From a virus (taxonomy: Duplodnaviria > Caudoviricetes): a DNA stretch of 56,485 nucleotides. Both the position numbers and the translations under genes were made by a program. The stretch covers positions 1 to 56,485 of the IMG/VR virus record IMGVR_UViG_3300011440_000004, one strand, 5' to 3'. A model generated the notes under the pieces. It was not told the origin of the DNA. It searched no databases and saw only the letters and a program-made list of their open reading frames with translations. Below, one piece after another: positions 38,668 through 48,012 of the stretch (positions are counted from its first letter, which is position 1; the number at the start of each line of letters is the position of its first letter).

Positions 38668-40334
38668 TGCATCAGCCCCCTCGCCCGCAGCACGTTCTCC
38701 ACGGCCGGGCCGATGGTATCGGTGAACACGTCGTCGGGCCACTGGAAGTACAGATGCGTGTCGAGCATGGCGTCAAGAGACTTGGCGGCGTCGCCTCCGA
38801 GCTGGCGGGTCGCCCACTGCGAATAGGCGCGGGCCCACACCTCTCGGACGTCGGACAGGTACGCCCGATACCCGGGCTGGCCGGCGAACGACCGCAGCGT
38901 CTGCTTGAAGTGGTCGTCGTTGGCGGCTGTGAGGAACTGTTCGAACGCGGCCCGCACCTCGGGGGTCTCCTTGTGCAACGTCGCCGACACGAACCGGCCG
39001 CCAGCGGGCGTGTCTGCGTCGACGACCCAGTCCGTGCGGTGGCCGTACTCGTGGACGAACGACATGATGCCGGTGCCGTCGCCGCGGTCGTTGACACGAA
39101 TCTCGGGGTCGGGTCTCGGTGCGTTCATCGCGGCCATGCGCCGCGCCGACCAATCGGAGACCGACTCGCCCTTGAGCCGGCGAGGCTTGGAGCGCGCCGG
39201 CACCGGCGAGAAGTGACCGCCCTTGTTCTGCGCCTTGCCACCGGCGATGACCACGGTCTCGGCGAACCCGTCGTCGGCGAGACCGTGGAGCTGGTCGAGA
39301 CCAGTGATGATCGGCGCGAACACCCGCTCGGCCTTCGCGGTGGCGTAGCGCAGCGCGTTGCGCCCGGAGCGTGTCGTCAGCGGCGTCGGCTGGAACAGGT
39401 CGGCCCAATCGGCGGGTGGTGGCGGTCCCGTCGACAGACCCGCCGAGCGTGCCTGCGCCGGCGTGAGGATGATCGGCTCGAAGTCACACCGACAGTGGGC
39501 GTGGTCGCCCGGGATGTAGAACGCGAACGGCGGCCACCCGGACCCGTTCGTCAACACCGGCGAGTCGAACCGCTCGAACACCTGACCGTCGAGACGCAGG
39601 TGCGGCATGAACGGCGCCTTGCGCCGCGCCGGCCCGTACACCCACCGGTACGCCTCGGTGGTGCCGCCGTGGTCTCGGATCGCACGCGTGACATCGGGGC
39701 CCGTCGCGACGCCGCCGACGCCACGGTTGTCCGACGTGACGACGGTGTACGCGAACCCTGACGACGTGATGTCGGCGGTGCCCCCGGCGACGCCGAGCAC
39801 GTGACGCACGAACCCGGTCGGGACGAGCTCGTCTATCGAGTCGGGGTCGAGACCGACCGGGTCGAACAGCCGATCCGACGCGAGCCCGCCGATCGCAGAC
39901 CGGAACCATGCGACCGAGTCGTCGACGTGACGCAGCTGCGTCGCTTTCATGGCGTCGGGGTAGCCGGTGCGCCACTCGCCGATCAGACCACCCACGACCG
40001 ATTGGGCGTCGGCGGCGGCGTCGAGAGCCCACACCCGGTAGCGGGCGACGAGGTCGTCGAACGCGCCGTCGAGCAGCTCGGCGTCGGACAGGTCCCCCGC
40101 GGCGATCAGAGACGGTCCGAGGGTGCGGGCGGCGAACATCGGGGCGACGTTGCGCAGCGTGTCGCGGAACACGCCGGCGCGTCCCTTGAGCCGGTTGCCG
40201 GCACGTTCGAGCGCTCGGCGCATCGCGGCCTCGGCTTCGGTCTGGACACGCTCGCGCAGGATGCGGTCGATGTCGGCGAGGCGTCGCCCCGGACTGTCGG
40301 CCCTGACGGCGCCGGTCAGGCCGGGGCGGGCGAA
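38664..40334 (-). CDS. MuF-like minor head protein with C-terminal HExxH metallopeptidase; probably the -1 frameshift extension of portal
   Basis: H..LDG...PGDHAHCRC (MuF), HEYGH...EVWARAY; frame open back to the C6 run at 40335-40340. Confidence 0.7.
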   Translation of the reverse strand, partial: FARPGLTGAVRADSPGRRLADIDRILRERVQTEAEAAMRRALERAGNRLKGRAGVFRDTLRNVAPMFAARTLGPSLIAAGDLSDAELLDGAFDDLVARYRVWALDAAADAQSVVGGLIGEWRTGYPDAMKATQLRHVDDSVAWFRSAIGGLASDRLFDPVGLDPDSIDELVPTGFVRHVLGVAGGTADITSSGFAYTVVTSDNRGVGGVATGPDVTRAIRDHGGTTEAYRWVYGPARRKAPFMPHLRLDGQVFERFDSPVLTNGSGWPPFAFYIPGDHAHCRCDFEPIILTPAQARSAGLSTGPPPPADWADLFQPTPLTTRSGRNALRYATAKAERVFAPIITGLDQLHGLADDGFAETVVIAGGKAQNKGGHFSPVPARSKPRRLKGESVSDWSARRMAAMNAPRPDPEIRVNDRGDGTGIMSFVHEYGHRTDWVVDADTPAGGRFVSATLHKETPEVRAAFEQFLTAANDDHFKQTLRSFAGQPGYRAYLSDVREVWARAYSQWATRQLGGDAAKSLDAMLDTHLYFQWPDDVFTDTIGPAVENVLRARGLMQ

Positions 40335-41977
40335 GGGGGGTCGGCGCCACCCTCGGCAGCGGCGGCGAGCGCGATCGGCGGCGTCTGCTGCGTGAGCTGG
40401 AACGCCAGCGCGGCGAGGACCGAGACCGGCAGCCCGGTGGCGCGCAAGATGCGCGACACCTGCGACAACTCGTCGTCATCGGCCGGCGCGGCGTTGCCCT
40501 GGCCGGCCTGGAGGTCGGGCAGCACGAGCTTCGGGAACGCCACCTGCAGCAGTGCGCCGGTGAGTTCGGCGGTGAGGATGCCGCGGGTCATCGCGACCAA
40601 TCCCATCTGCTCCTCGAACGTCGGCGCCATCTCGTCGGGAATGCCCTTGAGCTTGCGGTAGCCGGGCAGGTTGATGGCGAAGTTGCCGAGCGCCTCGTCG
40701 GCGGCCTCCGACGGGTCGGGGTCGTCCATCAGCGCCGACGCGTCGTACCACACGAAGATGCGACGCACGAGGTCGGCGTCGTAGTTCGAGTCGCGCAGGT
40801 TGGCTCGCAGGAACCACTCCGAGAGGATGTCGCACTGCAGCAGCACGCGGGACTCGACGAAGTCGGTGAACGTGTCCTCGTTGATCTGCGCGGCGTTGGC
40901 GAACGTGGTTTGCATGTGGCCGAGCAGCACCTCGACGGGCAGGTTGATGCCGTGCGCGAGGCGGGTGACGCGGGCGGTGATCTTCTTGTCGATGTCTTCG
41001 GTGCCGCCACGACCGAAGTCGATCTTGCGTAGCACGTCGGGGTGGAGCAGCTCGGGGCGGCCTTGGATCAGCCACGGCACCACCGACAGCGGGTCGGTCG
41101 GGTCGTCGATCGGTCGGGTGAGGGCGTTGGTCATGTCGTCGACGAACGGTGTTTCCTTCTGCTCGTCGCCCGACTGCGGGGTCGGCCCGGTCGGTGTCGC
41201 CTTGCCGAACGTGAGACCGTCCGGGAGCGTGATCGCGCCGGCGTTGTGACGTGACAGCGTCTCGGCATACATCTGCCCGGTCAACGCCTGCAGCAGCCGG
41301 CACTCCGAGATGGTGCCACGCACGTTCGAGTCGGCGAGCTTCGACCATCGAGGGTGGCGCTGGTAGCAGCGGATGATCGTGTCATCTTCGGTCAGGTCGC
41401 GGCCGGCGTCGCCGGGCTCGTCGTGGATCACCCACTTCTGACCCTTGTTCTCGACCTCGTCGAGGGAGCGAATCTCCCACTGCTCGGGCACCTCCGGTTG
41501 GTCGACCTCGCCGGGTAGCGCGGCGATCTTCGCTGCGCGCTTGGCCCAGCCGACGAGGTAGCAGTCGCCGGCGAAGTCGAGGTTGACCGCCATCTCGCGT
41601 TGCAGCTCCGGTTGACCACCGAGGTCGGATCGCAGACGTGCGAGCTCGGCGACCGCCGACGCCTTGAGCGCGTCCGGGAAGTCGACCGTAGCCGGGTGCG
41701 GTTTGCCGTCGACGTCGACCGAGTCGATGGGGATGGCGTTGTGTTCGTCGTCGGCGACCGCGACGTAGAGCCGAACCTTCGACAACTGGTTGCCGACCCA
41801 TATACCGGCGAACTTGAGCTCGGGCACGGTGTCGTAGAAGTCCCAGCACTCGTGTTGCCACTCTTCGGGTTTGCGGCCGGCCTTCTTGACGCCGGCGCCC
41901 TTCGACGGCAGACGAATCGCCGAGCCGACCAGGGCTCGTGGATCGGTGGGCTTGCGTCGTTCGCGTCGGAGAGCCAT
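40316..41977 (-). CDS. Portal protein
   Basis: WQHECWDFYDTVPELKFA...HPRWSKLADS...RLAHGINLPVEVLLG; near the terminase. Confidence 0.85.
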   Translation of the reverse strand: MALRRERRKPTDPRALVGSAIRLPSKGAGVKKAGRKPEEWQHECWDFYDTVPELKFAGIWVGNQLSKVRLYVAVADDEHNAIPIDSVDVDGKPHPATVDFPDALKASAVAELARLRSDLGGQPELQREMAVNLDFAGDCYLVGWAKRAAKIAALPGEVDQPEVPEQWEIRSLDEVENKGQKWVIHDEPGDAGRDLTEDDTIIRCYQRHPRWSKLADSNVRGTISECRLLQALTGQMYAETLSRHNAGAITLPDGLTFGKATPTGPTPQSGDEQKETPFVDDMTNALTRPIDDPTDPLSVVPWLIQGRPELLHPDVLRKIDFGRGGTEDIDKKITARVTRLAHGINLPVEVLLGHMQTTFANAAQINEDTFTDFVESRVLLQCDILSEWFLRANLRDSNYDADLVRRIFVWYDASALMDDPDPSEAADEALGNFAINLPGYRKLKGIPDEMAPTFEEQMGLVAMTRGILTAELTGALLQVAFPKLVLPDLQAGQGNAAPADDDELSQVSRILRATGLPVSVLAALAFQLTQQTPPIALAAAAEGGADPPSPAPA

Positions 41978-41995
41978 CGGTGCGGAGTGTAGGCG

Positions 41996-42385
41996 TCAGC
42001 GGCGCGCCGAGAGGCCGACGAGGTTGGCGATGACGACCAACAGCGTCGACGCGGCGAGCATCGTGGACCCGAACCGCCACACGTGCGGCCACAGCCAGTA
42101 CAGCGCGGTCCATGCGGCGGTGATGTAGATACCGGCGCACCACCAACACCGGACGAGGTAGGCGAGACCGGGGGCGTCTTCGCCGTCGGCGTCGACGAGA
42201 CCATCCCACCCGGACGGCTTGGCGGCGAGGTCGTCCCAGTCCTCGACGTCGTAGTCGCCGGTGCGGATGTACGCGCGGCGGATCAGCCGCCAGCGGAACA
42301 GTTCGCCGGCGACCCTGTCGTGGGTGATGAGCTGCGCGATGCGATGGCAGGCGAACACGTGCAGCACGAACGCCGAGATGGTCAT
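41996..42385 (-). CDS. DUF1360-like membrane protein
   Basis: RIAQLITHD...LVRCWWCAGIY. Confidence 0.7.
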   Translation of the reverse strand: MTISAFVLHVFACHRIAQLITHDRVAGELFRWRLIRRAYIRTGDYDVEDWDDLAAKPSGWDGLVDADGEDAPGLAYLVRCWWCAGIYITAAWTALYWLWPHVWRFGSTMLAASTLLVVIANLVGLSARR

Positions 42386-42780
42386 GGCGCGACGCGGATG
42401 ACGAGCGCCACGTCGACGTCGGTGTCGACGAGGTCGGTGACGGCGAACGAACGGCCGACCGCTTCGACGACGAGATGCGTGGGCCACTGCTCGATGGGCC
42501 GGTTGAGGACGTCCCACACGGCGCGGATCAGGCCGTGCGGGAGACCGCCGAGTCCCCACGAGAACTCGTCGAGACGGCCGAGCACGGCGAGCCGTGCGTG
42601 GTCGAGCTCGGACAGCAGGCGACGCGACCCGGAGCCGTCTGCGGCTTGGGTGATCGTGATGGCGCCGGTGCGACACCAGTAGTCGAACTGCCGGTAGGTG
42701 ATGCCGAGATGGGGCAGGACCGAGACCGGGCGGTGGTAGACCGGGCGGTGGCGGGGTGGGTCGAGAGTGGTGGCGGACAT
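42382..42780 (-). CDS. MerR-family HTH DNA-binding protein
   Basis: GITYRQFDYWCRTG...GSGSRRL. Confidence 0.75.
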   Translation of the reverse strand: MSATTLDPPRHRPVYHRPVSVLPHLGITYRQFDYWCRTGAITITQAADGSGSRRLLSELDHARLAVLGRLDEFSWGLGGLPHGLIRAVWDVLNRPIEQWPTHLVVEAVGRSFAVTDLVDTDVDVALVIRVAP

Positions 42781-42794
42781 TGCGGTGTCTCCAA

Positions 42795-43061
42795 TCAGCT
42801 GCACGACATGCAGCGTCGTTCGGCTTTGGTGATGGTCCACACCTCGCCGTCGTCGAGGGTGACGACCCACTTGAACGGGCGGGTGGTGCGTTCGGCGGTA
42901 GCGACACCGTCGGCGGTGCGCACAAGCGCGCCGGCGTGGGTGCGAATGGTGATGGCGCCGCGGCGGCACAGCACCGACAACTCGGTGTAGCGGGTGACGG
43001 CCTCGGCGTCGGGGTGGGCGATGTCGATGTTGGCGTCGTGGAGTCCGAACGTCTGCGCCAT
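42795..43061 (-). CDS. Hypothetical protein
   Basis: TGATG coupling; ends CMSCS. Confidence 0.6.
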   Translation of the reverse strand: MAQTFGLHDANIDIAHPDAEAVTRYTELSVLCRRGAITIRTHAGALVRTADGVATAERTTRPFKWVVTLDDGEVWTITKAERRCMSCS

Positions 43062-43348
43062 CAGCCCGCTCGCATCCCGTGGCGCATCAGCCGGTCGACG
43101 GCGTACGCGGCTGCGTCTGCACGGTCGTCGTTCGGTGGCACGACGACCATGCAGACGACGGGGTTGTCGCCACACACCTCGGCGGCCTCGAACGCGATCT
43201 GGCGGCCGTCGTCGAGAGCCATGACGATCGTGCCGCTCGCACCGTCCCAGTACTGGCGGTGGCGGTCGGGGATGATGCGAGCGGCGACGATGGTGCGACC
43301 GATCAGCGACGCCAGGTCGGTCCACGTGATGTCGTTCTCGGTGGCCAT
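43061..43348 (-). CDS. Hypothetical protein
   Basis: GAGGAG RBS. Confidence 0.6.
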   Translation of the reverse strand: MATENDITWTDLASLIGRTIVAARIIPDRHRQYWDGASGTIVMALDDGRQIAFEAAEVCGDNPVVCMVVVPPNDDRADAAAYAVDRLMRHGMRAG

Positions 43349-43413
43349 CGTCGGTCTCCTCGGGGCGGTTGCGGTGCCACCCGCAACGCTACCCGACCGG
43401 GGTTGGCCGAATG

Positions 43414-43458
43414 CGTGACCGTCGTCGACGCAGACAGCGCGGTCGGCATGTTCGCCAC
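43414..43458. repeat. 45-bp exact direct repeat, copy 2
   Basis: Identical to 440-484. Confidence 0.9.
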
Positions 43459-43543
43459 GCGACACCGCCTGCAGCTTGACCTTGCCGCCACCGCCAGGCG
43501 TCAGCGTGACCTCAGCCACATAGAACTTCGCTCGTACACCCAT
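43459..43543 (-). pseudogene. 5' fragment of a small phage gene (MGVRAKFYV...), apparently disrupted at the 45-bp repeat
   Basis: GGAGG RBS; protein-like sequence ends where the repeat begins. Confidence 0.5.
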
Positions 43544-43622
43544 GTCGTCAACCTCCGTGCTCGTGTTGGATTGGCACCGGATGCGACGCGCCGATGGGCG
43601 AGGCCGACCGACGTCGACGATA

Positions 43623-45332
43623 TCATCCGGTGCGGGGTCCGAGACCGCGCATGCGTCGACCGATGTGACCTGGCTGCGGCAGCGACACCCGCGCCGTCGC
43701 CGGCGGCATCTCGACGTGGCCGGGGCCGGCGCCGAGGATGCGGGTCACGCCTTGCGACCATGCGTCGACTTGGTCGTCGGGGGTGCCGGGGTCGGGGAAC
43801 GCGGCGCACTCGTTGACGAGACCGAGCGCCCACCCGTTCGCGGCGGACAGCGGCAGGAAGATGTCGCCCGCTTCGAGATGCGGCGCCGCGGTGCGAGCCC
43901 TCGTGACCTTGTCGGTGGTGACGGTGTTGGGCACGATCCCGGAGATGCCACGCCTGAGCAGTTCCTCGACGCGGATGCGTTCGTCTCGGTTCATGCCGAG
44001 CGCGCCGGCGACGTCTTCGGATATATCGGCGCGGGCGATCCCGCGGCGCAACGCCTCCATGACCTCGGGGCCGTTGCCGGCGTTCTCGATCACGTGGCGG
44101 CGGATGTGTGGATGGCGCACCTGCATCAGCGCCACCGCGGCGCGGGTCATCGTCAAGTCCCACTGGCCGCGCAGCTGGTCGACGCACCACGCCGTCGACG
44201 CGTACCGGTGCCATGCCTGGCCGACGACGTAGTCGCCGCGGGTGTTGTCCTTCATCTTCATGTCCCACGACGTCAACGAGTCGTCTGGCGTCGCGGGCGG
44301 GATGTCACCCCACTGCCACCACGCCCGCTTGAGTTCGCCGCCTTCCTCCGGGGCGGGGTCCTGCTGCTCCATCGCCGACGCCAGATAGGACCCGAGGACG
44401 CGGGCGCGGGACTGGACGGCTTCGAGGTCGAACACCTCGGGTACGAGTGGTTCGCCGAGGGCGCGGCCGAGCAAGTCGTCGACCTGGTCGGCGAGCGCCG
44501 GCAGCCGGTACAGGGTCCACGTCTCGCCGTCGCCTGTCTCGTCGGCGGTGGTGATCCGGCCCATCAGGTCGTCGAGATGCCATCGGGCCATCAGCAGTTG
44601 GATGAACGCGTCGTCGTGGTCGAGACGCAGACGCAGCACCGACCGGTAGAAGTTCCACACCCGGTCTCGGTGCGTCTTGGAGTGGGCCTCCATCCAGTTC
44701 TTGAACGGGTCGTCGATGACGACACCACCACCCGCACCGATGAGGCCGGCGCCGGCGCCGAACCCGATGATGGACCCGCCGATGCCGGCGGCGAGGATGC
44801 CACCCCCGGCGGTGGTGACCCACCGGTCGTGACGTTTGCGGTCCGGGCGCAGACGGACCCGGAGATGTTCGGGGTTCTCGGTGAGCATGTCGCGCACGCC
44901 GTGGGCGTTCTCGGCGGCGAGCTCGTAGGCGTAGCTGCACAGGATGAATGTGGCGGCGGGGTCTCGGTCGAGCGCCCACGCGGTGCCACCCTGCGACGTG
45001 ACCCTCGACTTGCCGACACGAGAGGGGGCGAGGATGGCCTGGCGTGGTTCGAGACCGTCGGCGGCACGTCGGAACGCTGAGCCGAGGAACCGGGCGAGAC
45101 GATGCGGCCGGTAGCGGTCGTCGAGCTTGGCGAGCATCGTGGATGGGTCCTGGCGCCAGTGGGCGTTGACGGCGCCGAGGGCGTACTCGCAGACCGCACG
45201 CCTCGCCGGTGGCGACCCGGACATGTACGCGGCGAGCTTGGGTCTCGGCATGGCGAGCAGCTTGTGGCCGAGCTCGATGAGCGCGGCGAGGGGGTCTCGG
45301 GCGTGCGGGATGTCGACGACCCGAGCAGGCAT
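43623..45332 (-). CDS. Terminase large subunit
   Basis: PSRVGKS Walker A, VVIDDPFKN, RWHLDDL, SWD, IEN, FP..TPDDQVDA. Confidence 0.92.
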   Translation of the reverse strand: MPARVVDIPHARDPLAALIELGHKLLAMPRPKLAAYMSGSPPARRAVCEYALGAVNAHWRQDPSTMLAKLDDRYRPHRLARFLGSAFRRAADGLEPRQAILAPSRVGKSRVTSQGGTAWALDRDPAATFILCSYAYELAAENAHGVRDMLTENPEHLRVRLRPDRKRHDRWVTTAGGGILAAGIGGSIIGFGAGAGLIGAGGGVVIDDPFKNWMEAHSKTHRDRVWNFYRSVLRLRLDHDDAFIQLLMARWHLDDLMGRITTADETGDGETWTLYRLPALADQVDDLLGRALGEPLVPEVFDLEAVQSRARVLGSYLASAMEQQDPAPEEGGELKRAWWQWGDIPPATPDDSLTSWDMKMKDNTRGDYVVGQAWHRYASTAWCVDQLRGQWDLTMTRAAVALMQVRHPHIRRHVIENAGNGPEVMEALRRGIARADISEDVAGALGMNRDERIRVEELLRRGISGIVPNTVTTDKVTRARTAAPHLEAGDIFLPLSAANGWALGLVNECAAFPDPGTPDDQVDAWSQGVTRILGAGPGHVEMPPATARVSLPQPGHIGRRMRGLGPRTG

Positions 45333-45341
45333 CGCTCGGGC

Positions 45342-45944
45342 TCAGTCGGCGACTTCGGACAGGAACCGCTCGACGTCCGCCATGGTCTCGGTGATCGACT
45401 GCTCGGTGAGCGACGTGTCGCCGGGGTCTGGCATGCCGGTGGCGGCGCCGGCGTCGTGTTGCAGCTGGTAGCGCTCGGGGAACCGGCGGGTCAGTTTCCA
45501 GGTGATCGCGGCGGCGGATGGCACGCCGGTCTCGCGTCGCACGGTGCGTTCGATCAGGACCTCTTCGCCGTTGGTCGGGTTGTGGATGTACTTCTCGGTG
45601 ACGATTTCGCGGGCGATGCCGGCCTCCAGCCGCGACAGCGACACCAGGGCTTGCATCTCGTAGGTCGCCTCGGCCTCGTCTACTGCGTCCGAGAATGCGA
45701 GACACGCCCGCTGGTGGGCGGTGAGGCGTTCGAGGGTTCGGCCGGCGGCGAGGGCCTGTTGTGCGTGGCCGGCGACTTCGAGCCAGCCGTACAGGGTGCC
45801 TTTGGCGATGCCGGCGGATTTGGCGGCTCGTTCGACGAATGCGCCGTGGCGGATGAGTTCGACGATGCGGGCCTGCACGGTGGTGGTCTGGCCGTTGGGG
45901 AGTCGGAGCTGTGCGGCGATCTTCGAGGGACGTCCTGCGGGCAT
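45342..45944 (-). CDS. Terminase small subunit-like HTH protein
   Basis: GRPSK...AAKSAGIAKGTLYGWL...AITWKLTRRFPERY; directly upstream of TerL. Confidence 0.7.
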   Translation of the reverse strand: MPAGRPSKIAAQLRLPNGQTTTVQARIVELIRHGAFVERAAKSAGIAKGTLYGWLEVAGHAQQALAAGRTLERLTAHQRACLAFSDAVDEAEATYEMQALVSLSRLEAGIAREIVTEKYIHNPTNGEEVLIERTVRRETGVPSAAAITWKLTRRFPERYQLQHDAGAATGMPDPGDTSLTEQSITETMADVERFLSEVAD

Positions 45945-45958
45945 GGCTCCGATGATAG

Positions 45959-46759
45959 TCAGGCGTCTTGCGAGTACTCCGACGACGCGTCTTGGGGATC
46001 CCGCTGTGACGTGTCTCGGTCGACGTCGAGCGACGTGTACCGGTCCCATGCGCGGGCGACGCCACCGGAGCCGGGGAACAGGTCGTCGAGGGTGTCGCCC
46101 GGGAGGGCGCCGAGGAGGTCGAACAGCCAGTAGCAGAACTCTGCGGGTTTGGTGCCGATGACTCGGCCGGGGTCGGTCGTGCGAGGTCCTGAGCGACAGA
46201 TCAGGGCGTCGTAGCGGAACGACCCGTCTCGTGGTGATGACGTAGACGTGTCGGCGGCCGCACTGAGCGACGGCCGACCCCGGTGGTAGATGACGGGCTC
46301 CCACGTCGAGATGGGCCAGCGTGCCGTGGCGTGTGGCCGGGGGCGACGGAACCATGCGGCGACTCGGACGTCGACGCCGGCGAGAAGCGACAGCACCATC
46401 GGCAGCGCCCTGGCGCTCGTGGAGAGGGCCCAGCCGTCGGGGTATCCGGTCGTGAGCTGCTCGACGAGACGGGGGTGGTCGACTTCGCCGGCGTAGTCGG
46501 GGTGGTCTCGGTAGAGGTGGGCGTTGGTCGGGTAGGGCGGGTCGGCGTAGGCGAACGTCATCGGTTGAGCGGCGTGGGCGCGGGCGATCGCGCCTTGGCC
46601 GAATCGGTGTGAGGCTTGGCGGCAGCGCTGGCCGCAGAACCGGGCGTCTCGGCGAACCGTCGGGCCGAGCTCGCCGCGACACCAGGCGCAGCGGCGCACC
46701 CCGGTGAGCATGTCGATGACATCGGGGGCGACGTCGGTGAACGTGACCTCGTAGGTCAT
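45959..46759 (-). CDS. DNA amino-methyltransferase (DPPY type) with N-terminal Zn finger
   Basis: CAWC...FCGQRC; YADPPY; GTKP; DLFPGSG. Confidence 0.8.
   Translation of the reverse strand: MTYEVTFTDVAPDVIDMLTGVRRCAWCRGELGPTVRRDARFCGQRCRQASHRFGQGAIARAHAAQPMTFAYADPPYPTNAHLYRDHPDYAGEVDHPRLVEQLTTGYPDGWALSTSARALPMVLSLLAGVDVRVAAWFRRPRPHATARWPISTWEPVIYHRGRPSLSAAADTSTSSPRDGSFRYDALICRSGPRTTDPGRVIGTKPAEFCYWLFDLLGALPGDTLDDLFPGSGGVARAWDRYTSLDVDRDTSQRDPQDASSEYSQDA
45960..46039. repeat. 24-bp-period array C
   Basis: 45960 CAGGCGTC, 45984 GACGCGTC, 46008 GACGTGTC, 46032 GACGTGTA; a further pair at 46221/46245. Confidence 0.7.
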
Positions 46760-47085
46760 TCGATCGGCCGCCACCAGTCGGCGGGTGATCCGTCGGCGGG
46801 GGGTTCGGGCCAGTCGTCGGGTGGTTCGTTGACGCCGTACCACGCCGAGCCCGCGACGCCGTCGTGGATGTTGACCTCGACGCATCGTCGTGCCGGGAAA
46901 AGCGGGCTTGGGTACGATCGGACGGTGCCGAGCAGGTGGTGCCAGACGGGGTCGCCGGTGTAACGCAGCAGCTCCACGCGGATGCCGTCCGGCGGCAGCG
47001 TGTCGGTGTCGGGGTCGTGCGGGGCGCGGTACACCACGCGGGTCCAGTCGCCGGCGAGCGCCGCCGCGAACTTGGTGTCGTCCAT
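46756..47085 (-). CDS. Hypothetical protein
   Basis: Coupled. Confidence 0.6.
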   Translation of the reverse strand: MDDTKFAAALAGDWTRVVYRAPHDPDTDTLPPDGIRVELLRYTGDPVWHHLLGTVRSYPSPLFPARRCVEVNIHDGVAGSAWYGVNEPPDDWPEPPADGSPADWWRPIE

Positions 47086-47402
47086 CACGTGACGTCGAAC
47101 CCGCGGATGAACGGGCCTCGGGCGATGATGGTCGGTGATCGGTTCTCGCCGAGGTGGCCGGCGGCGCGCAGCTCGGTGCCGTCCAGCGACACCATCGGTG
47201 GTGAGCCGGGGCCGACACCGACGCCGGGCGGTCCCTCGAACCTGACGGCCTTGTCGCATGCGGCGCAGCGGATGCGGACCTCGATGGTGACCGAGTCGGG
47301 GGCGCCGGCGGCCATCTCGTCGGGGACGGGCTCGGTGCCGGCCGAGAACATCCGGTTGACGTCGACGCTGGCGACGAAGTCGGGGTGCGGGCAGTCAGAC
47401 AT
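47085..47402 (-). CDS. Hypothetical Zn-binding protein
   Basis: CPH...CAAC. Confidence 0.65.
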   Translation of the reverse strand: MSDCPHPDFVASVDVNRMFSAGTEPVPDEMAAGAPDSVTIEVRIRCAACDKAVRFEGPPGVGVGPGSPPMVSLDGTELRAAGHLGENRSPTIIARGPFIRGFDVT

Positions 47403-48012
47403 CGTCGGTGGGTTCGTCGCCGGCGGGTGCGACCTTGCGCATCGCCCGGAGTGCGGTGTTGAGGACGGCGAGCTGCGCCCGGTGTTCGAGCACGAGACGG
47501 TTGCCGGCCTTGCGGGTCTCGACCCACGCGTCGATCAGCGACTGGAGGCGTTCGACGGCTTGTTCGGTGGCGGCGAGGGTGATGGCGAACGGGTCGGTCT
47601 CGAACTGCTCGGCGACCTCGACAGCTGCGTCGACGACGTGGTCTCGGATGTCGTCACGCAGCCGGTCGAGGGCGAGGTTGGTGAGGCCGGCGTCGATCAC
47701 CATGTCGGGTGGCGCTATCTCGTCGATGCGGTCGGTCTGGCGCATGTCGATCACGCAGCCCTGTCCGAAGGTGTGGCCGTCGTCGGTGCGGCACGCCGGG
47801 TTGCAGAGTTCGGCGAGACGTTCGTAGGCCTCGGGGCGCAGACCGATCGGGTTGCCGTCGGTGTCGGTGTAGATGTCGTCGACAGTGGCGAGCCCGGCGG
47901 CGATCATGCGTCGGGCGATGAGACCGCGCCCGGACGTGGCCGGGTCGTAGTCGGGTTCGAGCGGTGCGCAGATGCCAGCGTCGGCGGTGATGGCGTCGTC
48001 GGGTTGGGTCAT
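47395..48012 (-). CDS. Hypothetical protein
   Basis: AGGAGG RBS. Confidence 0.65.
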   Translation of the reverse strand: MTQPDDAITADAGICAPLEPDYDPATSGRGLIARRMIAAGLATVDDIYTDTDGNPIGLRPEAYERLAELCNPACRTDDGHTFGQGCVIDMRQTDRIDEIAPPDMVIDAGLTNLALDRLRDDIRDHVVDAAVEVAEQFETDPFAITLAATEQAVERLQSLIDAWVETRKAGNRLVLEHRAQLAVLNTALRAMRKVAPAGDEPTDDV

